Positions 51,101-64,000 of a stretch of 64,000 nt of DNA are shown here, one piece after another. The DNA comes from Takakia lepidozioides. Lineage: Eukaryota > Plantae > Bryophyta. The notes under the pieces were generated by a model. That model worked only from the letters and a program-made list of their open reading frames with translations, was not told where the DNA came from and did not search any database. Within the stretch, counting starts at the first letter, position 1. Each line of letters begins with the position of its first letter. The translations under genes and the position numbers were made by a program. Where the stretch lies: NCBI GenBank assembly GCA_030704615.1, contig CM060734.1, forward strand, positions 24,180,001 through 24,244,000. The letters are read 5' to 3'.

Positions 51101-52092
51101 CGGGGAGGATCGTTCCTTGGTCTTGAAGTAGGCCAAGAAGAGTGCACTGGGAGGAGCTGGAGAGGCTCCACCCTTGGCCGGGACTTGGAGGAAGTCGGCC
51201 GAACTAGCTAGTGGAGAGTAGAGTCAAGTGTGGGGTTTGGTTCTTTGCCATGGGACGCCATGGTACAGAAACAAACTCCTTGATGTGGGACGCCACAACT
51301 TGGATGTTTGTTTCTACAAAATGGACAAGTCGATGAGGACATCGACTCCCTGTTGGTAGGGGTGTGTGTCGCGGCCCTTTGCCTTGAGGGCAGGGGGTCG
51401 GGACACATGAGGGGCTGCCCCTGTGGTGGGGGCAGCGGCAGCGATAGGTATGGGGGGCTGAGGCACCCTTGAGTGCCCAAGGCACTCAGGGAAGCGGAGG
51501 CGCTCACTAGGTGGAGCCCCGCACACCGGGTTGCGGTGGGGGTGGCTCCACAAGGGGTGGTGGTAGCTTAGTGGGACTTAGTGGGGGTGACATAGGACTC
51601 ACCATGGGGGCGGAGACCTCGTGGTGGGAGTCGTGGGGAGTCTTGGGACTCATCACGGTCCATAGGGGCCGTGGTGAGCGGGCCAAGACTCACCGCGACT
51701 CACCACCGGGAATCGAGGGTCTTCGTGGTGGTTCGCCATAAAATGGCATGGCTGGTTGTGAAACCCCCGCGGACAGCTACAGAAGTATATATAGGGAGTA
51801 GTAACCCCGAGAACGGTGCAAGCCCGTTGGTGACCAAAAGCTAGTGAGTAAGCGAGCGAGCCGGAAAGCGACCAAAGAGTGGGGAGCTGTTCCGGACTGC
51901 CATCTACCAAAGGGAATTCTCCTAGTCCCAATTAGGTGGAGGGTTTAGAGGGAAGCGAAAGGGGACCGTTATGTCCCGGTGAGCAGCCGAAGCTCCAAGT
52001 TGGCCCGGGCGGCCAGGTTGGGAGTCAGGCGCGCGCATCAAAGCGAGTAACTATGACTTGAAGGGGAGTTTACCGAAGTGGGGTGCGCGACA
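45118..52092 (+). mobile_element. Full-length Ty3/gypsy chromovirus (Galadriel-like)
   Basis: LTRs 45118-45844 and 51367-52092 are almost identical; TSD TATTG; PBS TGGTATCAGAGC (tRNA-iMet) at 45847. Confidence 0.97.
45900..50461 (+). pseudogene. gag-pol with C-terminal chromodomain; one nonsense codon (46245) and one frameshift (~49250)
   Basis: [74 protein letters not shown]. Confidence 0.95.
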
Positions 52093-52404
52093 TATTGTGA
52101 TGGAGTGACCTATATTACACCTAAGCCTTCTAAATTTTTTTGCACACATCCAACGGTAAAATTGCCAAAAGTTTCTTCCCTATCCAAGTGCCAACATACC
52201 GATTACTTGGACTTATGAGACATTTATGGCCTATGTGTGGCGTAACCAAATTGGGTCACGCGAATAGTCAAGTTTGTATGGCCCCTCCATCATTAACCGA
52301 ACGCTTTTGGAAAATTGTAAAGTGACAAGATTAGTCCAATAATCAATTGATGTGCTTTTAGTTGGATCATGTTGGCCATGGCATTAGGTAACTTAGTGCA
52401 AATT

Positions 52405-52620
52405 CACTACAAGAGAAATGTGTTTTTTCCACGGTATGGGTACCTCACACCTATCACATTTCACGGCTTATCTCACGGGTAAGTAAGCCAAAATGTGGGA
52501 CAAAAGATGGCCTAAGTGTGGGGAGTACCACATGTTCATCACACCTTGGGAGTCCACGGTATGAGGTGGCAAAAAGATAATTTTTTGTAATTTGTAGTTT
52601 ATAATATTTAGGGTCTAGAA
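52405..52620 (+). mobile_element. CACTA left terminus remnant
   Basis: CACTACAAGAGAAATGTGTTTTTTCCAC; no partner end found downstream. Confidence 0.6.
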
Positions 52621-52937
52621 TTAAATGACGTGGGTGTCGTGGAACGTTTTCATTGCCGTTCTGTATAGAGAGCATGGTGCGGAAAAGGTGAAGTGGAATG
52701 AAGTACCGGAGTATTGTCGATGCACACCAAGGGAGTACTGTTCCACAGTAAGTTAGGGTTGATTGAAATGTGGTGTCCTGGAGTTGCGATGATCGCACGA
52801 TATGTCATGGGTGTAGGATGGAGGCTTTGGAAGGATGCGGGAAGGAGTGTCCCCGAGCTTGGCACTTAGCTCCAGAGTTGAAGGAGCATGCACTTAGCTG
52901 AAGAGCATGCAGGGATGGGAAAGCTGAAGGGGTAGGG

Positions 52938-55242
52938 ATGGATCGGGCAAAGAGAGCTCTCAGCAACCAGCATCAAGTCTGGGTAGAGATTGAGCCGCTA
53001 TTTGATGGCATTGACTTTTCTGAGCCTCTAACTCATGCCCGGATCGGGCAAAGAGAGCTCTTAGCAATCAGCATCAAGTCCGGGTGGAGATTGAGTCGCT
53101 ATTTGATGGCATTGGCTTTTCTGAGCCTCTAAGTCATGCCCGCTTTGAGGAGTTAAACAATGACCACTTTAGAAAGACCATGGGGCCCGTGAGGAAGGGT
53201 AAGGAGGCGCAGGGCTTCAAAAGTCTGAAATTCATGAGATTGTTCTTGCCGGTGGTAGCACACGCATTCCCAAGTTCAGCAGTTGTTGAAGGATTACTTT
53301 GATGGCAAAGAACCAAATAAGGGCGTTAACCCAGATGAGGCAGTTGCCTTTGGAGCAGCAAAGAAGTACCAGCAGTTGTTGATAGGTGTTTGTTGATAGG
53401 GGCTTGTGGCGCCACAACAGCCTCAGCTTTCAGTCCCCTCAGCCATCCTCTGAACCCCAGAGACGCCATCTCAGCCAAGTCAGCAAGGACAGCAAGGTGG
53501 TGGCCAGCAAGTGAGAGTGCCCGGCCAACCTGGCCAGGGGCAGGCCACCAAGTATTATGGTACGTGGGTCTGAATTTGCAGGCCAACCAGCACCTGGACA
53601 GTACTTTCCATACTCACTGGGCTCTACTGATCCAAACTGGCAAGCATCAGCGTATGGCGGTGCACAGATAACAGGCAGCAGTTCGCCATTTTCTTTTCCA
53701 GGTGGCTATGGCTACCCGGCTGCTGCTCGGCAGACAGGCTACCCAGGTGAAAACTGCTCTTGGGTTGTTCCTGCAGCTTGCACCTTTATCATTAGCAGGG
53801 TCGAAAACTTATAACACTATTGGAGAGCATGTGAATGCACTCAAAGCATATCCTATACATGTTAGGCAACTGACAGATTTTGCATGGTCTGATATAGTGC
53901 TTAGCCAATGGATTTTCCAGCTCAGTCAGTCGTGTTCAGAGTGTCAAGGGAGTGAGTGTGCTCTTGTGGAGAGTATACACAGACGTAGAAAGACTGGATT
54001 TTCATAATGTCCGTCCTTGAAAATCTCAAGGACCTTAGGGCTCGAAATGTACATAAGGAGACAACAGATGAAGCCTGCTTAACTTGCTGCATGAAGCTGG
54101 ATTGCCTTGTGAGAGAGAAAGAACTGACTTTGTAACATCCATGGGGATCCCAAACGAAGAGAGCATTTTGGAAGGAGAATTAAAGAACTGACTCACAGGT
54201 GGTAAAGGGAAACAAGTGAACATAGCAAAGATTGACCAAGCTGCTGGACCATGCAATAGGTAGAATGGGTCAATAACCTTTCCTCTTTCAGAACCAAAGA
54301 AGCTGGTCGGTAGGGGCAGTGGACTATTGCAGACATGCACATCATTGAATTGCCGGAGATCCTATACAGATACGATGGGGAGGGTGCTGTCAGTGTGTAG
54401 GCATGGCCTTCAGCTTTATCAGCATCCATCATTAATTGACAGGGTAGTATCTGATAGACTTTGAAATCTTGATTGCAGGTTTGTGGGATCAGCACTCATG
54501 GTGGGGAGCCAACAAACTACAGCAACAAGCTGCCTATCTTAAGGATAAGAAGGCAATTGGCAAGCACAGACGGGAGGCTGAGCGGGCAGAGAGAGCTCTC
54601 AGCAACCAGCATCAAGTCCGTGTGGAACCAAATAAGGGCGTTAACCCAGATGGGGCAGTTGCCTGTGGAGCAGCAAAGAAGTATCAGCAGTTGTTGATAG
54701 GTGTTGTTACCCCATGGAAGAGTTCTGCCATGTAACTAACACTGGGTGCTGAATGTGCAGATATCCTTCTGCTGCAAAGTTGATCCCAAGCAACACTGTC
54801 ATCCCCACTAAGAAGTCACAGGTGTTCAACCTACCAAGATCAGCAATCGACTGTTTCAATTCAGGTATGTTTGAGCCTCAAGCCTTTCTCACTATGATGG
54901 AGTTTGGTCTTCTGAAGGATGACTACTGTTGATCTGTTGATGTTTGGTTATCTGAAGCATATTGCCTCAATGTACCACACAGGTGTTTGAGGGTGAGCGG
55001 ACTATGATGTGGATCAGGCTCTCTCCAGGCTGTTCCTTGCATCAATTCGTTCCTTCACTTTGTTGTCCTCTTCGGCAAACTCCTCGGCGAACCATCCTAT
55101 CAATATCATCCTGACTCAGCCGACCCTTGTCATTGGTGATGGTGATTTTCTCTGATTTCCTGTGCCCTTGTCCTCAGCTTTTGCATTGAGGATAGCATTG
55201 GCATCTACTTCAAAAGTGACTTCAATTTGTGGCACACCCCTG
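52938..55242. pseudogene. Scrambled BiP/HSP70 gene fragments
   Basis: [57 protein letters not shown] and NTVIPTKKSQVF on +; [26 protein letters not shown] on - (55010-55242). Duplicated and frameshifted. Confidence 0.88.
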
Positions 55243-55313
55243 CATGAAGAGTATCATCAGCACCAATCATTCTCAATCTAGAGCGAGAGTACACACTTCC
55301 AGACTACACAGGA

Positions 55314-56440
55314 GTGAGCCCTGACAATGTCACGTTCATTTGCATTCTCAATGCATGTGCCAGCATGGGAGCCGTGGAAAAGGGCAAAGAGGTCCATGCC
55401 AACATCAGCAAAAGCGGGATTGCGCCAGATATCAGTTTGGAGAATACCCTTGTGGACATGTATGCCAAATGTGAAAGTGTGAAGGATGCGTGTCAAGTGT
55501 TCGACAATATGGCTCAACGTGATGTGATTTCATGGAATGCCATGATTGCAGGATATACTCAGCATGGATGTGGTGGGGAGGCTTTCAAGGTATGCCAAAT
55601 GCGAGCCTAACAGCCTGGAATAGGGCGTAGAGGTCCATGGCACTGATGTCGTCAAGGCTAGAATTGTATCAGATTTCATTCTGAGCATTGCCCCGGTGGA
55701 CATGTATGCCAAATGCGAGCATGCCAGCTCTGAAAAAGGGCGCAAAGGTCCATGGTGACATCGTCAAAGCTAGAATTATACTAGATGTCATTCTGAGCAC
55801 TGCCCTGGTGGACATGTATGCCAAATGCGAGCCTGGCAGCCCTGGAACTGGGCAAACAGGTCCATGGTGACATCGTCAAAGCTGGAATTGTACCAGATGT
55901 GATTCTGAGCACTACCCAACTTGAGTTTAAATTTCAGGTCTGGTGTCAAGGGTAGGTAGGCCCTTCAGATCATCCTCAAGGTCCTCTATGTGCCCCTATA
56001 ATCAAGTACGGGGAGAGGTGTACTTCAACCTGACCACATCACGTTGGTTTGTGGGGGCAAAGCATGTGCAAGCATGGCAGCGGGCTGGAAAAGGGCAAAG
56101 ACTTCCATGGTGACATCTTCAAAGCTGGAATTTTACCAGGTATCATTCTGACCACTGCCCTGGTGGACATGTATGCCAAATGCGAGCATGGCTCTGAAAA
56201 AGGGCGTAAAGTTCCATGGTGACTCGTCAAAGCTGGAATTGTACTACATGTCATTCTGAGCACTGCCCTGGTGGACAGGTATGCCAAATGCGAGCCTGAT
56301 AGCCCTGGAACTGGGCAAAGAGGTCCATGGTGACATCGTCAAAAGCTGGAATTGTAGCAGAAGCACTGCCCTCGTGGACATGTATGCCAAATGTGAGCTT
56401 AACAGCCCTGGAAAAGAGAGCAGAGGCCATGGTGACATCG
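55314..56440 (+). pseudogene. PLS-class PPR fragments with a tandemly amplified ~115-bp unit
   Basis: PDNVTFICILNACAS..LVDMYAKC..VFDNM..RDVISWNAMIAGY followed by about seven degenerate GKEVHGDIVK..STALVDMYAKC units. Confidence 0.88.
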
Positions 56441-57624
56441 TCATGTCATCTACAAATATGTTCATCATTTACTCTGTAGGGGTTTAAAGGAGTTTTCCCC
56501 ACTATCTTCATAAGTCAATGTGCAAAACGTAACATCCAGTAGTTCATTATGCTTGTATCAAATAGGAAAAAAAACATCTTGTCCTTCCACTTTGTCTGTC
56601 TTGCATGCAAACTATACAACCTCCTCATTTGGTCTTGTACATCTACATCCATCATGTGACAATGACACTGCAGATGTATGGGGAATATATGAAACATAAG
56701 ACAAACACAAACTTGATGCATATTAGCATCAATATCCCCCGTACGTCCATGCCATGATTGGCAATCTCTCGCCATATCCCTCTTTCAAGCCTCCCTTGCA
56801 AATGATGCCATGAGTGGGCCTGACCCGTGCCTTGTACAAGAAGGTTTTTAGAAAGACGTACTTGGCTGTCTTTAATTTCTCGATCAACTTGCCAATGCAT
56901 GCTTTGTTGGTCTAAAGTCATGCCCCAAAAACAGAAATAGACCCAAGGGAGAGGTGGCTAGTGGCTACCGCATAGGGCCTGCTTAAGCCTGTTGCAATGT
57001 TGTGACTGGTGACCCAACAACACAATGCCATGTGATGGGTAACCGTTTCACACTACTCAGGTCAACATGGTCATCAACAAACATGTGTCCAAAAACACCA
57101 GAGACTTGGAACCTCCCTTGATCTCTAGTTGATTGTATAACACTGAAACAAACACATGCCATGGAAGGCTTACCCAAAACAATGGAGGTGTGAGCAGCAT
57201 ATTTAACACCTCTACATCAGGTGTAGATGATTGAATTTTTTTTTCTTTCAACCTAAAGGAGTGCAGGTGAATTACATACTCATCAGCCTCAGGGCAAGGG
57301 ACATTTGCCACTGGCTCATTGGTACTGGTCAACCCTAAAAGAATGTGATTGTTCCATACAACCCAAATGCCAGCTACAATATAAACAGATTTCACGTAAG
57401 AACAGTTGATCAATGCAGTAATAGAACTTTCCAAGGAAACCCTGACCTCTTGCAGTAACAGCTGATTTACATAGAGGGAAAAATCGAGAGATCTACTTTG
57501 AGGCAAACAAAAGGAAATTTCATCACCACAAGTTGATCTGCAACTTCTTACTTTCTGTGCACAGACAAATTTGGTGCTACACAAGATATACCTACCAAAA
57601 AACATCTCACTTGCATGAGAGCAA

Positions 57625-60600
57625 TCACATGTAGTACACTGGGGCACCACCATTGGTGGACATCCCCTGTGGTCCAGGACCATGCATCTGGTGGTAGGGT
57701 GGCATTGAATGCCCGGGAGGCGGAGGCCCATGGTGAGGGCCAGGCCCACCAGACAGAATGCCAGCACCCATATGCCCAGGGGGTGGTAGACCAGACATTT
57801 GTGACATGGAACTTCCAGGTGGTCCCTGGTAGTGAATTCCTGATGAGGGCGGCCCATGGATACCTGGAGTAGGTCCACAGCCTGGAGGTCCCCCAGGAGG
57901 TGGATAGCCCATATAAAGCTGCTGCTGGCCAGGCATTGGCTGACCCACTAGCTGAGGGCTAGACCCTGGTTGAGCATTGTGGCTCTGGTCATATTCCCAC
58001 ATTTGCTGGTGCTGCCGAGCTACAGAATCATTCTGGGGTGGTCCTGCTGCGTACTGGTTTCCGGGGTACCCAGCTGTGCCTGTTGGAGAAGCTTGTAGGC
58101 CATCACCAACAGGGGTGCCCACACCAGGAGCCTGGCCCAAGACAGGCGGCTGAATGGGTGGCAGTCCAGGGTTGGTGTAATCCCGACTCCTGTCATTATT
58201 CACCTGCAAATGCAGCAGCACATCTCGGTCAGTCGAAAACTTCTAGGATTTCAACCTGTAAATAATGCTGACTAGAAAATCTAAAGCTATTTTACATGCA
58301 CATGAGTCACAATGGACAACCTTCCTCGAACAGGGACTAATGCCCACAAGCCATAAATCTAAGTGAGAGACTACATTTGAAGTAATTCACTACTATGAAC
58401 GATAAACCTCAAGACTAACTTTTGGTGCAGTACTTCCAGTTTCTTCCCTAACAGTGTGGTGTGCAATGAAGGCCAATGGCCCTTGAAATGTGTCAGGTGA
58501 GGTTGTCAAGCAATAAGACCAAGAGGTAATTCCCTCCACCCTACATATCATTTAAACGTATCTGAAGGGGTGCACATCTTTAGAAGCACATGCTAGCCCA
58601 GTCTGTCAGTTGTGACTTGGGAAGCCTTAACAGTGTGAAACATTTGAACTCAGTGAAGCTCACTCACTGTTATGTGCATGAAAAGCTCTCCTGTTTCAAA
58701 TATGCCACATTGAATCAGCCAACCCAAGCTGCAGTCTACTATCCATACCTATACCAGGGGGCACAATACCTTTACATTTAGATCAGTATGCCGAGAGTAC
58801 GATAGATGAAGCTTGCAGTAGCCACCGTCGTAGATGCAATGCCCCTCTAGCGCCTCCTTGGCAGCCACTGCTGTTGGTACATCTGATGAGACCCATTCCA
58901 CCAACATTGAGAAACTAATCAGCTTTAAATGGACCACAGACACTATTACTCTTTCATTGCTGTCTGTCAAAGTATTGCTGGTACCTATTCCACACCTTCC
59001 AACCTTCTCAATACTATACAAACTAGTGGAAACCACAGGTCAACCCAGGAAGACAGTAAGATGAAGGCAAGTACACAGTTGCCTAATCTCTGGATGACAA
59101 GCCCTATACAATAACAATATTACACCTCCAGACTAAACAGCAGTAAGGTAGTCCAGAGACACGTATCCTCTTGATCATATGGACTTGAACCCACTGTGAC
59201 TTCAAAGCAGGTACTCGCAAAAGATACCTGGATATTGTACCAGAGCTTGAAAACCAGCACTTTTTTCAAATATTGCAATCTTCTGAACAGTCCCAAAAGC
59301 TGAGAAGACCTGCATAATAAAAGAAAGGGGTCACAGATAAACTAATGGGCAAGACACCTTCACACACATTCTAGCTCCAATCGCAGGTGGTGATGTGTTG
59401 AGATTCAAAAGGGTCACACAGTGTCTAGTAGGACAATTATACAAACAATTGTGTGCTCCAGGATGGGAAAACCGTCTATGGTGTCTGAGAAAGCTCTAGC
59501 CCTTATAACAAAAAGAAGTAGTTTAAAGTTAATGCCTTTAAAATGGCTTCCCCCCATGACTTCAAAGGTCAGGAACCATATGGGCAACCACAAAACCGAC
59601 CAGCCCTTAACAACAATGCCAGCTCCATGCAGCAAAGATTGCATAATAGCAAGAGTGACAACATATGGGCTCTCAGCCATCCTGGTCTCCTAGCATATAA
59701 TCTGCAATCCCGAGACTATATGCAAATAATTCCCCCGAAAAACATGCCCACATCACAGACACATGTGCCCATTACTGTTGCCACGATATCTCACCGTATG
59801 TAATACATCAATGGTCACAGCATACTGCATGTTCTCAATAGACGCCAGCAACACATTGCTCTCAGGCTCCCTTCGTTTTCCATCAGGGCCAATGCCAAAC
59901 TGTAGCAAGAAGGCCCAATGTGAAAGAAACCATCAGTGCCAACTGCACAAATGAATCTACCTACCAGCAAACATGATATTTGAAACCCAATATGCCAAGT
60001 GGTAGCGATCTAAGATACAGAAATAAGAGCCAATGAAGTAGCGACATACCTGGCCACTACCATCAATCGCTGATGGAGCAACTGGCAGGTATGGATTCGT
60101 GTAGTCCCTGTAAAGGATGGGGAAAACAATCAAGGGGGTCAACAGCTTGATCTCAAAATTGAGATTACAATTACCACATTGTCAGAAGACAGAACTCCTG
60201 AACAAAGTTGGAAATCAATCTGTACCCTGCCCATGATACATCAAAGCAAATACTCTGAATAACAATACAGCAGATCTTTCCCAACATAACCCTGGTGTAC
60301 AGTAAGTGGCAAGACAATACTGAAACAACCTCCAATCACCTAATACAGTGTCATACCTGCTTCGGTGACTCTGAAACTTCACATTAAGGTCATTGTGCGC
60401 GGAGAAAGAAATGCGTAAGTGGCAAGGCCCGACATGATCTGGAAGCAAGTACCTGTGGAATTACATGGTACAGAGGAAATTACAGATAGCACGATTTTCA
60501 TGAAGTCCAGCGCAATAACCCATTCTAAAAGGATACTAAAGAGGGACAAGAGAGTTTAAGTTACTTCACTGGATTTGGCTTTATCTGCAAGTGAAGGTAA

Positions 60601-62902
60601 CATCAACAGCATGCTTTTAATTCGACGGTTACCTTGGAATACTTCGCCCATCAAGGGCTGATCTCGCAGCAGAGGCTGTATTTGCATCACTGAACTGAAC
60701 CAGAGCCTGCACAGAAGTATCACATCACAAACTCAGAATTTGCTACTCAAGACATGAGACAATTGGCAACCCCACTAAAATAGGAATCATACATGTTGTA
60801 GATGTTGTAATGTTGCATGGAATCGAAGGAAATCTAACCAACTTGAACCTAGTTGCTGCCACACAAGAGGGCCAGGAAACAATGCCCCAAATAGCATGGA
60901 AATGGGATTCAATATGGATTACAACCAAAGAGCAGAAAAAGCCAAGATACTCTCACCATAATACACACCTGGAAGCCCGCACTCTTCTCAAAAGTGGCAA
61001 TCTTATGGACAAAGCCAAAAGCAGAAAAAACCTGCAGTACACAGTGATGGCAGTAGAGATTACACCTTAACCTTCAGGATGCCAGTTGTCCCCATGAATT
61101 GACTTGCAACTATGAGGTCAAACCCACAACTGCGCAATCATTTTAGTGCCAAGGGCCTAGATTTCCATACAACTTAGATCAACAATACAGCATTTGGCAA
61201 CAGCCAACATACATGCTAGAAAGAACTTGAGCTATTTCTTTCAAACCCTGAAACCTGTACAATAACAACTCTGCAACATTTGAGGCTACATCTCGCTTTG
61301 TAGGACCTACATTCACAGACAGCATTCACCAGTACACAGCCAAAAGGCATACAACGTGAAAGTACACATGCCCAAACGAGGCAGACTGTCAAATTAGCGC
61401 TTCTCAAACGAGAGAATATTAGTGAATTAATCCCCACACACTGCATAGCTTTTACTACCCATTGACATGCACAATCTCCTAAAATCATGCATAGAAGTCG
61501 ACTCCAAGTAGTAGACACACGAAGATCTGAATGGGAGACAGTGTAGTCCTAAGGCGACAGCTAACTCTGCCAATGGTGCGTCTGGTGCTACATCAAAATT
61601 CACCCAAACAGCTTGAATACTGTCTGCGCGCTGAGGACCTACAAAAATTAACTAATTAAGGCCAAATGGTGCACCATACAAGGTCAGCCCTTGCAAATTT
61701 CTGGTAAGAAGTTAGCTTCACAGAGAGTGCGGCGTAGGGATTACAAGGGTTTGCGGGGTTTTGTAATTGAGACGGAGAGAGGACTGAGATGAATCCACAT
61801 CAATCTCAAGGTGCGAAAGGATAGGGTTAAGAGGAGGAGGGTCGAGAGGCGAGGTTAGGCAAGGGAATGGAAACAAACACACATGCGCTTTCTCCCATGC
61901 GGCAGGCTGCCATCGAGGATGTGGCCGTCACATGGACCTGCTGACCATGTAGCTATGAGTCAAACATGCGTCCACCAAAACCCCATGAAGTAAAGCTGAA
62001 ACTTGACAACAAGCTACATGTAACCTACATCTACAAATTCTTACTGGATGTGAAAACCCTACCGACTTACAGAGTCTCGAAGACTTGGAACCAGTGATTT
62101 ACTTGCAGCACAACCTTGCTAAGAACGTAACTACTATTTGAGCCCCAGAATTATTGCCTACCTCAGAATCTTGTACTACTGTTCAAAGGAAGTAGAGCTC
62201 ACCAGATGCAAGACGTCAATGCTGACATCGCCAGCCTCTACGCCCTCAATAGTAACCAGGAGGACATTGCTTGCAACATCCCCAGAGTTTTTACTGGTAA
62301 CAATTTCTTGCCTGTTAGAGTACTGCAAATAAACCGTCTTCCCTCGCACTTGAGCTGGTTCCGAGGATGACGCGTAGTAAGACACCATAGCGATTGCTTG
62401 GTTCAAATCAGCCTGCCAGCGCCAAAACGGCATACAAGTAATCATTTCATGCATATTCTTTTCATAAGAGCTTGAAATATAGAACATAAACTCATTTAGG
62501 CTGAACCTGAAAGGACAACAAGCCACCAGTCCCGGAAAACAGTGCACGGAAGGAAGGTCACAAACTGATAGAAACCCTAAACAACGAGAAGTCTCAAGAA
62601 GGCCTGAAACCCTTGTAAAAAGAAGACCTCGACACTGCGACAGTGTCAGGCTACGGAAATCAACCACTACATCAAATACAGAACGTTTACGAAAAAGGAG
62701 GAAAGAAGACACTTACAAACTCCACGAAGGCTTGGTTATGGTTGGCCCCAACATTGACCTTCGTGTTGACGACCTTCCCGAACGGCTTGCAGAGCTCTAT
62801 CAGCTCCTCCTCACTACACTCCCATGGCAAGTTCCTGACATGGAGCACCTTCGAAGGAGGCTGCGTGTAGCGGAACTGAGGTTGTCCTGCCGTGGACGTC
62901 AT
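57625..62902 (-). CDS. PTB: Polypyrimidine tract-binding protein (plant PTB1/PTB2-type), 10 exons
   Basis: Exons 62902-62717, 62412-62203, 61031-60969, 60706-60633, 60452-60357, 60107-60050, 59899-59795, 59309-59228, 58882-58770 and 58203-57625. All introns GT-AG and in frame. QFRYTQPPSKVLHVRNLPWEC, three RRMs, Pro/Gly/Gln-rich tail. Confidence 0.96.
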
Positions 62903-63477
62903 CTTCTAAAAATCAACGCAAAAGACTCCTCTTCCCTCCTCGATCCACCCCCTCCGCTCCCTCCGTCTTCCGGTGATGCTTGCTTAGCCTACCCTTCGCA
63001 GCAAGGATGTATCAAAGCATCATCAGCATCTCCATAACTGCCATGGAAGCTGCAGCACCGCACGTTCTCTTCTTACAAAAGCAAAGACGGATGGGTTGCT
63101 CCAACCCTGGGTCAATTCACAGGTGCGAAACCGACAGCCGGCTGCAGCCCGTAGATCTGGTTGAGTAGATGGATGAACATCAATATGGACGAATGACGTT
63201 ATAACTGGACGGACGAAGCAGTTTCGAGCGATCCATGCATGCAAGCTTTGTATTCTTGAAGCTCATCAATCCTGTTTGGAGAGACGGAAGAGCATACAAT
63301 CAAGGTGCCGGAAGAAATATTCGAGCTGCAGGAAGAAGAAATAAACGAGGTGCAGGAAGAGGAAAATATCTGCAGGGTGACAAGAGGAAAGGAAGAACCT
63401 GCAAGTTGCAAGAAGAAATGGAGAGGAAGATGTGTATCTGCGGCGACGACAACAGTTGGATCAGCAGCACCATACTA

Positions 63478-63637
63478 GTATGGCGAGCAGCAGGAATGAC
63501 ATACGTAGAGTATGCGAACAACTGTGCAGTCTTGGTCAGGAAATGCCTCAAGGAGCCTTTCAGGATGGAGAGTGCTACCCGCAAGCAAGTGCACAACAAG
63601 GCCACGCAGCGGGTGGATGGAGTCCCGGGGAAGCCTG
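63478..63637 (+). CDS. Mitochondrial ATP synthase F1 epsilon subunit-like segment (gene or pseudogene)
   Basis: WRAAGMTYVEYANNCAVLVRKCLKEPF..DGVPGKP followed by a GTAATT donor. Start codon unclear. Confidence 0.7.
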
Positions 63638-64000
63638 GTAATTACCTCCGTTCACTCCTAAGGAGACCTTCATCACTGAGAACCAAAATGTTGCATGCAT
63701 ATCAAGCTATAGAAATTCTCATTCATGAATTCCTACTTCTTGTGGCCTGGTTGTTGTTGTTGCATCCTTTTGGATCATACAAACCAAGATCTTTGAAATC
63801 GTAAAGAGAAAAACAACTACAGTTGGAAGTTTGTGTGTTGCTGTCAGGGAAAACATTTGCAAAGCACTAAAAATTTGGTAACGCACAAATGCGGCCAAAT
63901 CTCGATCTAATGGCAGCGTAAACGTTGCTTGAATAAAATCCTTTGTATTTTCGGTTGGCTTATACACATGAACTCTGACGGCCCCCCGGAGCACGTGAAT

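Overview
Eukaryotic nuclear DNA from a land plant, probably non-seed (GT-AG introns, PLS-type PPR remnants, plant PTB gene). Positions 1-52 kb are nested transposons. Positions 1-21.7 kb hold two diverged, mirror-image copies of an unusual gene module: (i) a Mutator-like DDE transposase with a GCM-like N-terminal Zn domain (C-terminal SWIM finger visible in copy B); (ii) a divergently transcribed, multi-exon gene fusing a ParB/Srx-like domain (WDGNHR) to a beta-class N6A/N4C DNA-methyltransferase fold; (iii) a small orphan gene. Each copy has its own palindromic DNA motif, arrayed in introns of or next to the ParB-MTase gene, and both motifs share a TGCG-N4-CGCA core. An FCP1/NIF phosphatase-like gene sits in copy B. 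The module abuts CACTA TnpA- and TnpD-like remnants and a CACTA right end at 43700, so it may be cargo of a giant CACTA element. Two full-length Ty3/gypsy LTR elements with TSDs are inserted (Athila-like 25053-38102; chromovirus 45118-52092). Then follow BiP and PPR gene fragments, an intact 10-exon PTB gene (minus strand) and an ATP synthase epsilon-like segment. All protein family calls are by eye from motifs; no database searches were run.
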